From Rebecca billardiae RCC1528 (Eukaryota > Protista > Haptophyta), in the NCBI GenBank assembly GCA_965240325.2, contig OZ251227.1, positions 620,001 to 684,000 of the forward strand: a stretch of DNA of 64,000 nt. Direction: 5' to 3'. The position numbers and the translations under genes were made by a program. The notes beneath the pieces were generated by a model. It was not told the origin of the DNA. It saw only the letters and a program-made list of their open reading frames with translations, and did no database searches. The stretch's first letter is position 1. Every line of letters begins with the position of its first letter. Positions 1 to 11,050 of this stretch are shown here, piece after piece.

Positions 1-2
1 TG

Positions 3-152
3 GGCTGCGAGGAGGTTGACGAGGCAAAGACGCTGATCCCGAGCCTGCGCCTTCGCATCGAACGCAGCGACGATGACTTCGACGACGACCAGCTCCAGGC
101 CATTCTCGACAAGTGTGCGGCGGCGCGCTCGTTTGACGAGGGAGCTGGCTGA
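3..152 (+). CDS. RPB4: RNA polymerase II subunit RPB4, C-terminal fragment (gene starts before the window)
   Basis: Frame 3 reads GCEEVDEAKTLIPSLRLRIERSDDDFDDDQLQAILDKCAAARSFDEGAG* (TGA at 150-152). This matches the RPB4 C-terminal pattern 'EEAKxLIPSL...F.DxxLQxILD....RSF'. It is absent from the supplied ORF track. Confidence 0.8.
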   Translation, partial: GCEEVDEAKTLIPSLRLRIERSDDDFDDDQLQAILDKCAAARSFDEGAG

Positions 153-1240
153 CAACCGCGACGGACTCGCGGGCAACTGCAGGGGTTCTCTCTGGCGCAG
201 GGCCCTCACCAGCTGCCGCTCGGTGGCTGGCGACAGGCCGGCCTTGGCGAACACCTGCCGAACCTGGGAGAGCTCTCACGCGAAGCCAAGTTGGAGGCCA
301 GGCAGTGGCCTACACTTCCGGGCTGGCCAAGCTCACCGAGCTTTGCTGGACGTGGCGACACGTCTGTCTAGTATAACGCTCGTCGGACTGTGACCGCGCT
401 GCTACGGCCATTGAGTACAGCAGAGTACCGGCCACTGGCCACTGGGCCAGTAGGCAGTAGCCCAGTATCTTAGTTACCGCCGTCTACCGTCTCTATACTG
501 AGTATACTCTCTAGAGGGCTGACTAGACTCTAACCGAAAGGCGAGTCCCGAACGGGCATCAACTCACAGAATGAGAAGTCCGACAGAGTACTCGCGGCTG
601 GAACTGAGACGTGGCTCGCAGCTAAGAGTCCGAGTCGCCGACTCAATCAACACCCTGGCTCTGCTTACTCAGCTTAGTGATAGATAGTGAGTCTGACTGT
701 CAGACTCTAATAATCGACTACTGATGACTGAATTGACTGAATCTGACAATACGATTACCTAGAGTGTAGCACCTAGTATTAACTAGCAGTAGTATCTCAT
801 TAGTACGCTGGTCCGAACCTGGGCGAGTGGCGCGCTTAACTACTGTATATGACGACTACTGCTAGCTATAGATCCGCGCTAGCATTATCAGCGCTGACTG
901 CTCTCATCGTAATAAATAATCGTTGCGCATGCCAGCACCGTCACAGCACTGTCAGCAGGCCGCCAGTCAGCCCAGACGGTCCAACTGTGAACGGTCACCG
1001 TCCAGTCACCAGTGAGTCAAGTGATTCCGGCTGTGCCCCCGACTGAGTCGACTGACTCCGGTGCCCGCTTTAATATTATTTATATATGATTATACACATA
1101 AATATTAAATGTTTTATTGAACAATGTATTATTTCAAATCAGCGACTCAGCCGACTGCGCCGCGGCGCCGCCGACTGCGCGCGATCTGACTATAGTGATT
1201 AATAATAAGTATTGGTTATACGCGACAGCACGATAGATCA

Positions 1241-2152
1241 TCAGCTCTTGAACAGACTGCGGCGCGCAGGCCCTGCTCGATGGTCGCCACCCCTCACGTG
1301 CGCATGGTCGATCACGCGCGAGAAGAAGGCGGCAAGTGCGGCACGAGGCAATGTCGGCGCTGTCATGCTGGCCTCAAGTCCGCCAGCTGGTCCCGTGCCG
1401 GAGCGCGAGGCGAGGTCAAGTTTGCTGCCGATCGTGACACATGGTACCAATCCCTGCGAGAGCACGCACGGGGGAGAGCACACGCGTGAAGACAAACCGT
1501 GCGCCATGGCGGCATGCAGCGGGTGGAAGGGCGGCCCAGAGCTGGGCTGTGCCACCGCTGAGCGCAGCAGGCGGCACGGCAGACGTACCATTTCGCCGGC
1601 GTCGAGCCACTCCTCCTCGGCTGGCGGCACGCCAGTGGAGAGCTGCCGACGGCTTAACGACGGGCCCGGGCTGCCATCGAGCGCGGGGTGCGTCCTCCGC
1701 GCCCCACTGCTCGCCCCGCTGCTGCTCGCGCTGCCTGCGGGCACGCTGCTGTCAGCCACAGCGACCTCCGCCGCGGGGCGCGCGTCTGCAATCTCGCGCC
1801 GCCAGCGCTCGAGGTTGTGCAGCGAGTTGCGGTTGGTCAAGTCGTGCACGAGCATCACCCCGTCGAAGGGCTGCGTGAAGAACACGCCGCGCGCCAGCCT
1901 GAACTTGTCCGCGCCGCCCACCTCGAGCAGCTCGACAAAGAACGGCGTGCCGGAGTGCGCGTGCAGGGCGACGTCGATCTCGCAGCCGACCGTGCCTCCC
2001 GCGTGCCGGAGCACGGCACCATGGCAGAGTAGGTGGACCAGAGAGCTCTTGCCCACGCCGGAGTCGCCCACGACCACGATGCGCACGCGGTCGCTCGCCT
2101 TGGGCTCACCGTGCACTTCGGACAGCCCGGCTTCGGGGTCATCCGTGTCCAT
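1241..2152 (-). CDS. RABL3: Rab-like protein 3 / LIP1-type small GTPase
   Basis: ATG at 2152 (MDTDDPEAG...). G1 motif GDSGVGKSS, then TVGC, FFVELLEVGG and DGVMLVHDLTNRNSLHNLERW, all typical of RABL3/LIP1. G4-like GSKLD. No CAAX motif. Confidence 0.85.
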   Translation of the reverse strand: MDTDDPEAGLSEVHGEPKASDRVRIVVVGDSGVGKSSLVHLLCHGAVLRHAGGTVGCEIDVALHAHSGTPFFVELLEVGGADKFRLARGVFFTQPFDGVMLVHDLTNRNSLHNLERWRREIADARPAAEVAVADSSVPAGSASSSGASSGARRTHPALDGSPGPSLSRRQLSTGVPPAEEEWLDAGEMVRLPCRLLRSAVAQPSSGPPFHPLHAAMAHGLSSRVCSPPCVLSQGLVPCVTIGSKLDLASRSGTGPAGGLEASMTAPTLPRAALAAFFSRVIDHAHVRGGDHRAGPARRSLFKS

Positions 2153-2404
2153 CTGGCGGAGGGGCCTTGCACGGCCGCAGGGTCGCGCGGAGCGAGGCGA
2201 GCTTGTGCTGCGCCGCCGACTGCCCAGGCGAGGTGGCGCACCGTACGCCTCGCGCACGCCTCGCGTCCTGTCGCACTCCGGGCGATCACGGGCGCCGCGG
2301 TCCTGGCGTCCCTCCTTCACCCGCGAGTCCTTCGCGCTCGCGTCGCGGCGAGCCATGCACATTTCATCATGCACATTGCCACGTTTTCTCGCCGGCGCCG
2401 GACG

Positions 2405-4363
2405 ATGGTGTTGCGATTCCTCCTCGTCGTCATCGTCGCCCTCGGGGCGGCGACGAGCGCACGCGAGTCGGCGAGCCCACTGCGCGTGGCCGTGAGCGAG
2501 CTCTTCCGCGACATCTTTGCCCCTTTGCCGCCGAGCGCGGACGAGGCCTTGCGCCTCCGTGACCTCCTCAGGCCGAGTTGCACAGCCAATCGCACTCGTG
2601 CGCCGTGGCTGGACTGGGCGGCGATGAATGGGAGCTGGGACGAGACCGTGCTCCCTTCGATGCATGCGCTCAACGCGACCATCCTCTCCGCTGCGCACCT
2701 CTTCGACCCAGCCCGCCGCTTGTGCGTGGGCGCGCGCGCGGCTGCGGGCGGCAGCCGTCCGCTGGTGGGCACGAGTGAGGCGCCCGCGGACTTTTGCGTG
2801 CAGCGCTCGGCGTCCCCGCGGCACCTGTTCGACCAGTACGCGCACGAGCAGCACGTGCTCTCACGCGCGCTGCAGCGCGCGCACACCATCTGCGGCCACG
2901 GCGCGCGCTCGCTCGACGAGCTCAAGCAGCGGGCGCGCGCGGCCAACGGCTCGGCCGCGGGCACCGGCAGCGTGGCCGGCCAGGCGCAGCCCGAGTGGTG
3001 GTGCGAGGCGGATGTGGTGTTCGTCCCGTCCCTGCGCTTCCACCACTACGCGATCGCGGGCTCCAGCTGGGACTGGCGCCGCTGCTTTGCGCACGGCGAC
3101 GTCGTGCGCCGCTTCTGGCGCGGTGTGGTCGAGCTCTTCCACCTGGGGCCCGTGCGTCTCGGGCGGCACGGCCGGCCGCCGCTGCTGGTCGTGACTGAGC
3201 CGCACAGCTACATCTCGCCGCCGACGCTGCGCTCGCTCGAGGTGCTCTCCAAGGCACCGCAAGGCTTCCTCGCGCGGCTGGTGCTGGGCACGACGATGAG
3301 CTCGATGGCGCGCGAGCACCGCCGCCTCTTCACGCACCGCAACGGCACGCGCAGCTGGCAGGAGGGCGCGGAGGAGGAGCTGCGCAGGCGGGAGCGGCTG
3401 CTGGCCGAGGCGGCCGGCGCGGCGCGCGGCGGGAGGGCGCGGCTGCTCAAAGGATTCGGCGGCGGGCCGCTCCTCGTCACGCTGCCCCGGACCGTCGGCG
3501 TCGTGCGCGCGGCCGACTGGACCTCCCGCGCCGTCTCGAAGCGCCGCCGCCCGATCGCGCTGCTGCACGACGCCGACCCGAAGCGGTTTGGGTACGGCCG
3601 GATCTTCAAGGGGATGCAGTACGTCCGCCCGCTGCTCGACAGGGCGCTCCGCCGCGCGGGCGGCGTTCGCGCGTGCGGCGAGCGCAACACGACACTACGC
3701 ATCGTGTGCGCGACTGACGCGATCACGCCGTGCGCCGCGCAGTGCGAGGGCATGCACCCGATGCTCGCGGCCTCGCGGCTGGCCATCGAGCCGCCAGGCG
3801 ACACGCAGGGGCGCTCGCACGCGTACGCGGCGATGCTGGTGGGCACGGTGCCCGTGCTCGTGGAAGGGGGGCACCGCGCGTACGACGAGGACGAGCCGAC
3901 GTGGTGGGCGTGGCGCGCGCCGCGCGCCGCGCCTGCGCGCGCGCGCGCGCGCGCCTCGGCCGTCCGCCTCACGGACGGCGGCACCATCGCCATCGAGTAC
4001 TCGCGCGTCGCCGTGCTGCTGAGCGCGCGCGAGGTGGTGCGCGCGGAGGCGGCGCGCGACGACGGCTGGGTGCAGCGGCTCCTGGCGCTCGCGAACAACG
4101 GCCCGCGCCTCCGGCACATGCGCGCCGAGCTGCGCGCGGTCTCGCCCTTCCTCGTGTACTCGCCCTCAGGCTGCGGCGCCGAGGAGGGGGTGCCGATCAG
4201 CGGCACCTTTGCCTGGCCGCGCCGCCAACAGCGGCAGCAGCCGAGGGCGGCGGCGCGAGCGGCGCGCGCGTCGGTGTGGCACATGCGTGTGTGTGATGCG
4301 GTCTCCGCGTTCGACGCGGTGATCTGGCGCGCGTGGCGTGCGAGCTTGCAGCTGCGCTGGTAG
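2405..4363 (+). CDS. Exostosin-family (GT47-like) glycosyltransferase with a signal/anchor sequence
   Basis: MVLRFLLVVIVALGAATSA signal. EADVVFVP and SRLAIEPPGDTQGRSHAYAAMLVGTVPVLV resemble the GT47 motif 'S.FCL.P.GD.......dA...GC.PV'. C-terminal 'LRHMRAELRAVSPFLVY...DAVSA' also fits. Confidence 0.7.
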   Translation: MVLRFLLVVIVALGAATSARESASPLRVAVSELFRDIFAPLPPSADEALRLRDLLRPSCTANRTRAPWLDWAAMNGSWDETVLPSMHALNATILSAAHLFDPARRLCVGARAAAGGSRPLVGTSEAPADFCVQRSASPRHLFDQYAHEQHVLSRALQRAHTICGHGARSLDELKQRARAANGSAAGTGSVAGQAQPEWWCEADVVFVPSLRFHHYAIAGSSWDWRRCFAHGDVVRRFWRGVVELFHLGPVRLGRHGRPPLLVVTEPHSYISPPTLRSLEVLSKAPQGFLARLVLGTTMSSMAREHRRLFTHRNGTRSWQEGAEEELRRRERLLAEAAGAARGGRARLLKGFGGGPLLVTLPRTVGVVRAADWTSRAVSKRRRPIALLHDADPKRFGYGRIFKGMQYVRPLLDRALRRAGGVRACGERNTTLRIVCATDAITPCAAQCEGMHPMLAASRLAIEPPGDTQGRSHAYAAMLVGTVPVLVEGGHRAYDEDEPTWWAWRAPRAAPARARARASAVRLTDGGTIAIEYSRVAVLLSAREVVRAEAARDDGWVQRLLALANNGPRLRHMRAELRAVSPFLVYSPSGCGAEEGVPISGTFAWPRRQQRQQPRAAARAARASVWHMRVCDAVSAFDAVIWRAWRASLQLRW

Positions 4364-4558
4364 TCAGCGTGGATGGCGCACTTGCTAGTTGCTGCATATG
4401 ATGACGGCCGCCGGCCTCCTCTGCTATAAGATGAAGAGCTAAACCGACTCATGAGTCATATCGTCATGATGCTACTGCTGATGATGACGATATATGATGC
4501 CATGACGCGACACACGGGTCACACACGGCCACGCGACTGCCGAGTACGACTGTGACTA

Positions 4559-5010
4559 GTGGGGTCAGAGCTCCGACCGTTACGCTCCCGAGTGACGCAA
4601 TCTCCCAAAATCACGAAATATAATATATGAAATCTCTCCTCGATTTGTAACTGTTTGAGTCCGTTTGATGAGTTCGTTTAGGCTTAATTCCAGGGTGTAG
4701 AATCCGCCTGTGCCAATTTCAGACTGCCAAAATGTGATCTAGACGTAAGACGGTGCGATTCTGGTGCAAATAGCGAGATCACCTTGGACAGATCGTGTAT
4801 CTCCCCTACTAATGTTGCCGAGATCGCGTCGAGATTGAGGTCGTATATCTCCAGTATGTGACATTTTTTCGCAAAACTTGTCAGCGTGACCCCAGGTCAT
4901 TCGTCCAGGCGAATATTGACATCCCGAAGTTTGAGAGCCTCATCTCAAGACGACAGAAAGTTGTACTTTGGGCCACGCACCCCCCAGTGTGAGTGGGGCT
5001 CTGACCCCTC
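4559..5010. mobile_element. Putative MITE (non-autonomous DNA transposon), 452 bp
   Basis: Terminal inverted repeats GTGGGGTCAGAGCTCC (4559-4574) and GGGGCTCTGACCCCTC (4995-5010) match at 14/16. TA on both flanks (4557-58, 5011-12). Interior is AT-richer and non-coding. Confidence 0.55.
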
Positions 5011-5202
5011 TATACGACTGACTGATCGGACGTCGTACTGCGCTGCGCTGATGCATATCATAGTAGATGTCAGATGACGGTATATATGATGATGACGGCG
5101 GATGCCTATATATATATGAATATATGATCGAATATATATAATAACGATGATGGGGGTATCGATATACGATCGGATGACGATGATGCGCATGCGCGCGTTT
5201 AG

Positions 5203-5970
<768 letters not shown>

Positions 5971-6138
5971 ATATGACGATACTACTACGACTACCAGAGA
6001 GTACGACTACGCAATCTACATCATTCATGACACAGTATAGATGACATGTCATCACTTGTCAGCAGCAGCAAGTCCGACGCCGCGACGACGACGTGACCCG
6101 GCGACGACTCGCGGCGACGACGACGACCCGGCAGCCCG

Positions 6139-8145
6139 TCAGTCATCGTCATCATCATACGATGTCATCATCATGTCTCGTCTCGCTGGGACGAGACCAA
6201 GTGTTCGGATGACACCGTGCTGCACGGAGCCTCGGGGCAGCGTCGCGGAGCCTGCTCTCACAGAGTCTCTGTGTCTGTCGATGTCGATGACGGCGTCGGC
6301 GGGCAGGGGCGTGGCGCCCGGACCGTGTGGCAGCCCTTGACGATGAGCATCAGCTTGCGCATGCCCCTGCTGCGCGCTGCTCGGAGCGTGTCCGATGCCC
6401 GCCTGCTGAAGACTCGCCTCCAGCCCGATGCCCTGCTGGTGCCCGGTGCCATTCATGGCGGCCACATCTTGCCCAGTGAGGCAGGGCAGCGTGCTTGCGT
6501 ACTGATCGTAAGCGCGACCCACGCTGCGGCGCGGGTTGTAAGGGCGGCCGTCGCGGCCGAGGGGGTGTCGGAACCAGCAGCAGCCGGCGCGCACGAAGCC
6601 GAGCACCGCGGTGGTCGGCAGGGCGCGCGGGCCCGTGGCGTTCGCGTGCGCGCCGTCTGCCTTCCCCGCGGCGGGCGGCAACGGCTCCAGCAGGCGGCGG
6701 CGCCGATGTCGCGTGAGCGCCCGCGCCCTCTGGCGGAGGCGCACTGCGCGCCTCAGCGAGCGGCCGCGCGCAGCCGGTGGGCTCGGCGCGGAGCTCTTCT
6801 TGGGCTTGCCGCGGGGCGGGGGTAGGACGCGCTGGCGCAAGCCGTACGCGAGCCCGCACGCCTCCGACGCGCGCGCGTCCGACTCCGCCCGCCCCGCGTC
6901 GACGGCGGCGCGCACGTGCGGCCAGCGCGCCCGCAGCTGCTCGTCGAGAGCGCGCTCGGCCGCGGCGTGCAGCGCGCGGTCGGCGCGGGTGGCGTTGAGC
7001 GCCTCGCGCCTGCGCGCCGCCGTCCACTGGATGAGCCAGCGCTTGTTCGCGCGCAGCGAGTTCTTGCACCCCGCCGACCACCGCTCCCGGCACTGCTGCA
7101 CCGGGCCGTGGTGCGCGCGCCGCACGTTGAGCGGGCAGGTCGAGAGGCCGGCGGCGGCGCACACCGCGCCGAGCGTGTGCTGCATGCGCTCCGTCACGCC
7201 CACCACGTCGAACTGCGCGAGCAGGCCGGCGAGGGCGGCGGCGTGCGGGGCGCTCACGCCCGCCGGCGCGACCGACGCGAGCGCGCTCACGGGCTTGGCC
7301 GAGAGCAGCGCCTCGTCGGCCAGCTCGGCGCTCGGCGGCGGCGGGTCGTCCGCCCAGCGCTCGCACAGGGCCGCCCAGCCTTGCTTCCGGCCCGTCACGG
7401 CGGCGATGGTCGCCTCCGCCGGCCGGCCGGTGCGGTTGGCGCCGTCGCGGAGCAGCGGGATGCCCATCCCGCCCCTCACCCTGCGCCCGCCCTCCGACAG
7501 CGGCCGCTCAAACCCCGACAAGAGCGCGAGCTCGCGGCACTGCATGTCGGCGCGATCGCGCATCCAGCTCGAGAGCGTGCCGCGCGCCTTGAGGTCCGAG
7601 CCCACGGCGGGCGACTCCCACTCGGACTGGAGCCAGCTGATCGGGTTGCGGAGGACCACGACGAACGTGGCGCGCGCGCGCGCCGGGGAGCCCGCCGGCG
7701 CGAGCGACGCCAGCAGGCTGCGCACCTCGAGCGCATCCGCCGCCCACGCCATGACGCCGTCGCTCGGCACGTGGTACTCGACCGACACGCCCGGGCTGTT
7801 GACAGCGCCGCCCTTCGCGCACGCGGCGAAGTAGGAGAGCGCAAGGCGGTGGAGCTGCTTGCTCGCGTAGTTGACACACCTGCTCGTCGTGCCCGTCAGC
7901 CGCTCCTGCCGCGAGACGTGCATCCACGCGCCGGCCGTCTCGAGGCTGAGCCGCTCGAACGCGACGCGCATCGTCGTGCCGCCCGCCTTGGTGATGTGCC
8001 GCCACGACACGAGGGAGCACTGCGGGACGTCTGCGACGGGCAGCACCACGAAGTCGCTCGTGCACGCCGATTCTACCCGCGCGCATGGGCCGAGCAGGGT
8101 ACACGACAGCCACAGCGCCGAGGCGATTCGCCGCCATCCCGGCAT
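6139..8145 (-). CDS. Golgi-type sulfotransferase (Sulfotransfer_2 / Gal-3-O-ST-like)
   Basis: Signal anchor MPGWRRIASALWLSCTLLG. 5'-PSB motif HITKAGGTT, 3'-PB motif VVLRNPISWLQSEW, and FDVVGVTERM. The part below ~6800 may contain an intron, so the stop position is uncertain. Confidence 0.75.
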   Translation of the reverse strand: MPGWRRIASALWLSCTLLGPCARVESACTSDFVVLPVADVPQCSLVSWRHITKAGGTTMRVAFERLSLETAGAWMHVSRQERLTGTTSRCVNYASKQLHRLALSYFAACAKGGAVNSPGVSVEYHVPSDGVMAWAADALEVRSLLASLAPAGSPARARATFVVVLRNPISWLQSEWESPAVGSDLKARGTLSSWMRDRADMQCRELALLSGFERPLSEGGRRVRGGMGIPLLRDGANRTGRPAEATIAAVTGRKQGWAALCERWADDPPPPSAELADEALLSAKPVSALASVAPAGVSAPHAAALAGLLAQFDVVGVTERMQHTLGAVCAAAGLSTCPLNVRRAHHGPVQQCRERWSAGCKNSLRANKRWLIQWTAARRREALNATRADRALHAAAERALDEQLRARWPHVRAAVDAGRAESDARASEACGLAYGLRQRVLPPPRGKPKKSSAPSPPAARGRSLRRAVRLRQRARALTRHRRRRLLEPLPPAAGKADGAHANATGPRALPTTAVLGFVRAGCCWFRHPLGRDGRPYNPRRSVGRAYDQYASTLPCLTGQDVAAMNGTGHQQGIGLEASLQQAGIGHAPSSAQQGHAQADAHRQGLPHGPGATPLPADAVIDIDRHRDSVRAGSATLPRGSVQHGVIRTLGLVPARRDMMMTSYDDDDD

Positions 8146-8941
8146 CGCTGCGGAAGCGGCGCGCATGTATGCAGTGAGCTTGATCGAGGGGCGTATCCTC
8201 ATCACATTCGTCACATACCCCCGCCCCCTCTGGAGGCGGGCTGTCCACAGCGGAGTGGCGTCAAGGCACTTGGTGTATCGGTCAGTGGTTTGAGGTTGGG
8301 TGAGGGTGGTGGAAGTTGGTTGGGGGCTGGCCAGGGTAGGGCTGGAGGCTTCGGCCGCCAGTCTGATCACCCGGAGCCCGTTATAAAGGGGAATTTAAAA
8401 AAACTGAATCAAGGCCACGCGCACGGCTAGGCGTCAGTTAGCTCTTCACATTGCTACCTGGTCAATCTCGCCTGCCTGAGCTGCGTGCGTCTCTTATTCT
8501 TAGTAAACTGTACTACAGCAGCTACTTCACAATAGCTACAGTACTGTCGTCCGAGTCAACGGTCATGATGTCCGCTGCTCCTCGGACTCGTCATCGCGGA
8601 ACTTTCATCATGGCCCGCGGTGCAGGGCGGAGCGCGTAGCGTGGAGCCCCGCCGGGGGCCCTCACTACGTTGTCAAAAAGATCTTTTGATCAAAGAAAAG
8701 GGGATGGGGGACGATTTTGAGGGCTGTTGGAGGGTGAGTTTTCGACTTTTTGAGGGGGGTATGCTGTCCATCACAGCTTAAAAGGCCGCGCCCGCTGCAA
8801 TTCTTGTATCTACTATGGACGGACGTGGGATCAGATACCCCGGGGGTGAAACAAGTGAGTATTCCTATCCCTCTTGTATGCTGAAGTACGAGTTTGCCGA
8901 GCGACGTTTGATTGTTTTGGGTCGAAAACAGCTATGAAGCC

Positions 8942-9225
8942 AGATTCTTTTGAATAGTGCTTGTTCAAATACGTTACCCGTCTGTCTCGATGGATGCACC
9001 GCCTCGTCATATTAAAAGAGATTCTTTTCAATAGCGCTTGTCCAACCAAGTTACCCGCCTGCCTCGATGGATGAACCTCCTCATAATATTGAAAGAGATT
9101 CTTTTGAATAGCGCTATTTAAAGCCAGTTACCCGCTTGCCTCGATGGATGAACCTCGTCCTGTACTCCTGTGCCATAAGCCCATAATGAAAGAGAGGCGC
9201 TTGTGAAAACAGGTTACCCGCCCGC
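8942..9225. repeat. 77-bp tandem minisatellite (~3.5 units)
   Basis: GTTACCCG starts recur at 8973, 9050, 9127 (period 77) and 9213. Units share GTTACCCGYYTGYCTCGATGGATG...AAAGAGATTCTTTTSAATAGYGCT. Confidence 0.9.
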
Positions 9226-10792
9226 CAGCGTTTATTGCGGGAGGCGCGACACGCCCGACCGAGGCAGCGGGCGAGGATGCCGTGCAAAGGCGTGCGCGCC
9301 GCGCCGGTGCCCTCGCGCCGGTGGCGTGGGCTGGCTGGCTGCTGGTCTCGCCCACGCGCCCCACTCGCCCCAAGCGCGCAACGCCTGCGGGAAGCGCCGG
9401 CACCATACCTAACTAACCTGCGCGTCGACGCCCGTCCTGCCGCGGCCCGCGCCCTCTGATCGATCGTCGATCGGACCGCGTGCGTGCGACTCCGTCCGCG
9501 CCCGCGCGCAGGGTGGGAGGGGCTGATGCAGGAGCAGATGCAGGACTACCTCGAAATTGCACGCGACGAGGAGGTGCCCAGCGCGCACTTTACGCTGCGC
9601 GCATCATCGAGTGGTCGCCCAGCGAGCGCGGGCAGCTGCACCGCCGCCGGCTGACGGCGGGCGCAGCAGCGCAGCTGCCAGCTGCGGACGCGCAGCGGGC
9701 GCGGAGTGGAGGCCGGCGCGGCGGCCGGGCAGCGGCGGCCGGCGCGGCAGCACGCTCGTATACATCGCGGCAGCTACCGCCGTCGTGCGGGGAAAGCACA
9801 CGCTCTCCGCGGCTTCCAAGATGCCGACGGGCCACGGCGTGCAGGCTGCGTGCGCGCTGCAGTGGCTGTGTCGAGCCGTGCTGCGGCGTGTGCTCGAGGC
9901 GCGGCGCTCGCACGGGCTACGCGGGCGCAGCGGGTGCGCGCAGCTGGCGCACGCAGTGCCACGTCCTGCGGCGCCAGTTTGGCGGCCGTCCGCCCCCCCG
10001 AGCTCGAGTTCTGCGCGCTTTGCGACGGCGCGGCCGGCCGCGCCCATCTGCCTGCTTGCTTGGGCACGCCAGCATGGCCGCCGCCGGGCCTGCTACGCGC
10101 GCCGAAGCTGGAGGGCGGAGGAGGGCGCTGGGCTGCTCCTACGGCGTGCTGCAGCCCGGGCAGGCTCTACCGCGGCGCGGCGAGGCCGTCGCGCCTGCTC
10201 GCCGCCGTCGAGTCGCCCGTGCTGCGTGACCCTCGGCCGCACGTGCTCGGCGGCACCGCAGCAGGCGTCCCATACCACGGTATGCTCGAGCCGCTGTGCG
10301 CACCCAAGGCGCGAGCTGCTCGAGCGGGCCAGGTGGGCCCAGGGGGTGCGCGCAGCTGGCACACGCAGCCCCGCGTCATGGGGTGTCGGTTTGACGGTCG
10401 CCAGCCCCTGTGGGCTCGAGCGCTGTGCGCTTCACCACGGAGGTGCCGGCAGCGCCCCGCGGCGCGCAACGGCGGGGCAGCATGGCCGCCGCCGGCGCCG
10501 CCGCACATGCCGCCGCTTACGGGCAGTCGAGAGCTTGGGGCAGCACCTACGGCGCATGCTGCAGCTCGGGCGGGCTCTGCCAGCCTGCTGTGGCGTGATC
10601 GCGCATTTTCCAGACCGTCGACTCGCCCGCGCTGCATAATATTCCATTATTCGTTTGCCGCGCGTGCTCGACGGCGCTCCGCGCTGCTGCTGCCGCTACG
10701 GCCGCGCGTTGGACGGACAGCATATGCCGACGGAGGGTGCACCGCGGGCCCCTAACTACGTTGGTTCTATGGAAGGACCGCGGAACGCGGTC

Positions 10793-10808
10793 ATATATAT
10801 ATATATAT
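10793..10808. repeat. (AT)n microsatellite
   Basis: Visible run of AT dinucleotides immediately after a GACCGCG-GAA-CGCGGTC hairpin. Confidence 0.9.
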
Positions 10809-11050
10809 CAGTATAGTACAAGCTCATAGCAGCAGCTCTTGCAGACCGAGCAGCCGCGAGCATCATATCGTCGGTAGTGATCCGATGACTTGACCGATTT
10901 TGATGAGGCACATCTCGTCGCGAGCGTCATCGTCGCGCCTCGCAGCAGCAAATCGTTGTGTGCGCCCGCCGATGCGGCCGTCGAGCTCCGGCGGCTGAGC
11001 GGCGAGGGCAGCTGGTGCCGAGCAGGGCCTTCGCTCCTGAGGCGCGTGTC

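Noticed and set aside
530-760. Hammerhead ribozyme (CTGATGA at ~721, CGAAA at ~535)
   Set aside because: I could not build the required three stems around the core motifs.
8942-9225. Possible CRISPR array
   Set aside because: The putative spacers are homologous to each other, there are no cas genes, and the context is eukaryotic. It is a minisatellite.
9480-10755. Overlapping 250-360 aa ORFs
   Set aside because: No recognisable motifs and no consistent coding-frame bias.
8663-10879. CACTA transposon (CACTAC at 8663, GTAGTG at ~10874)
   Set aside because: Only 6 bp of inverted match, and the 3-bp flanks (CCT vs ATC) do not form a TSD.
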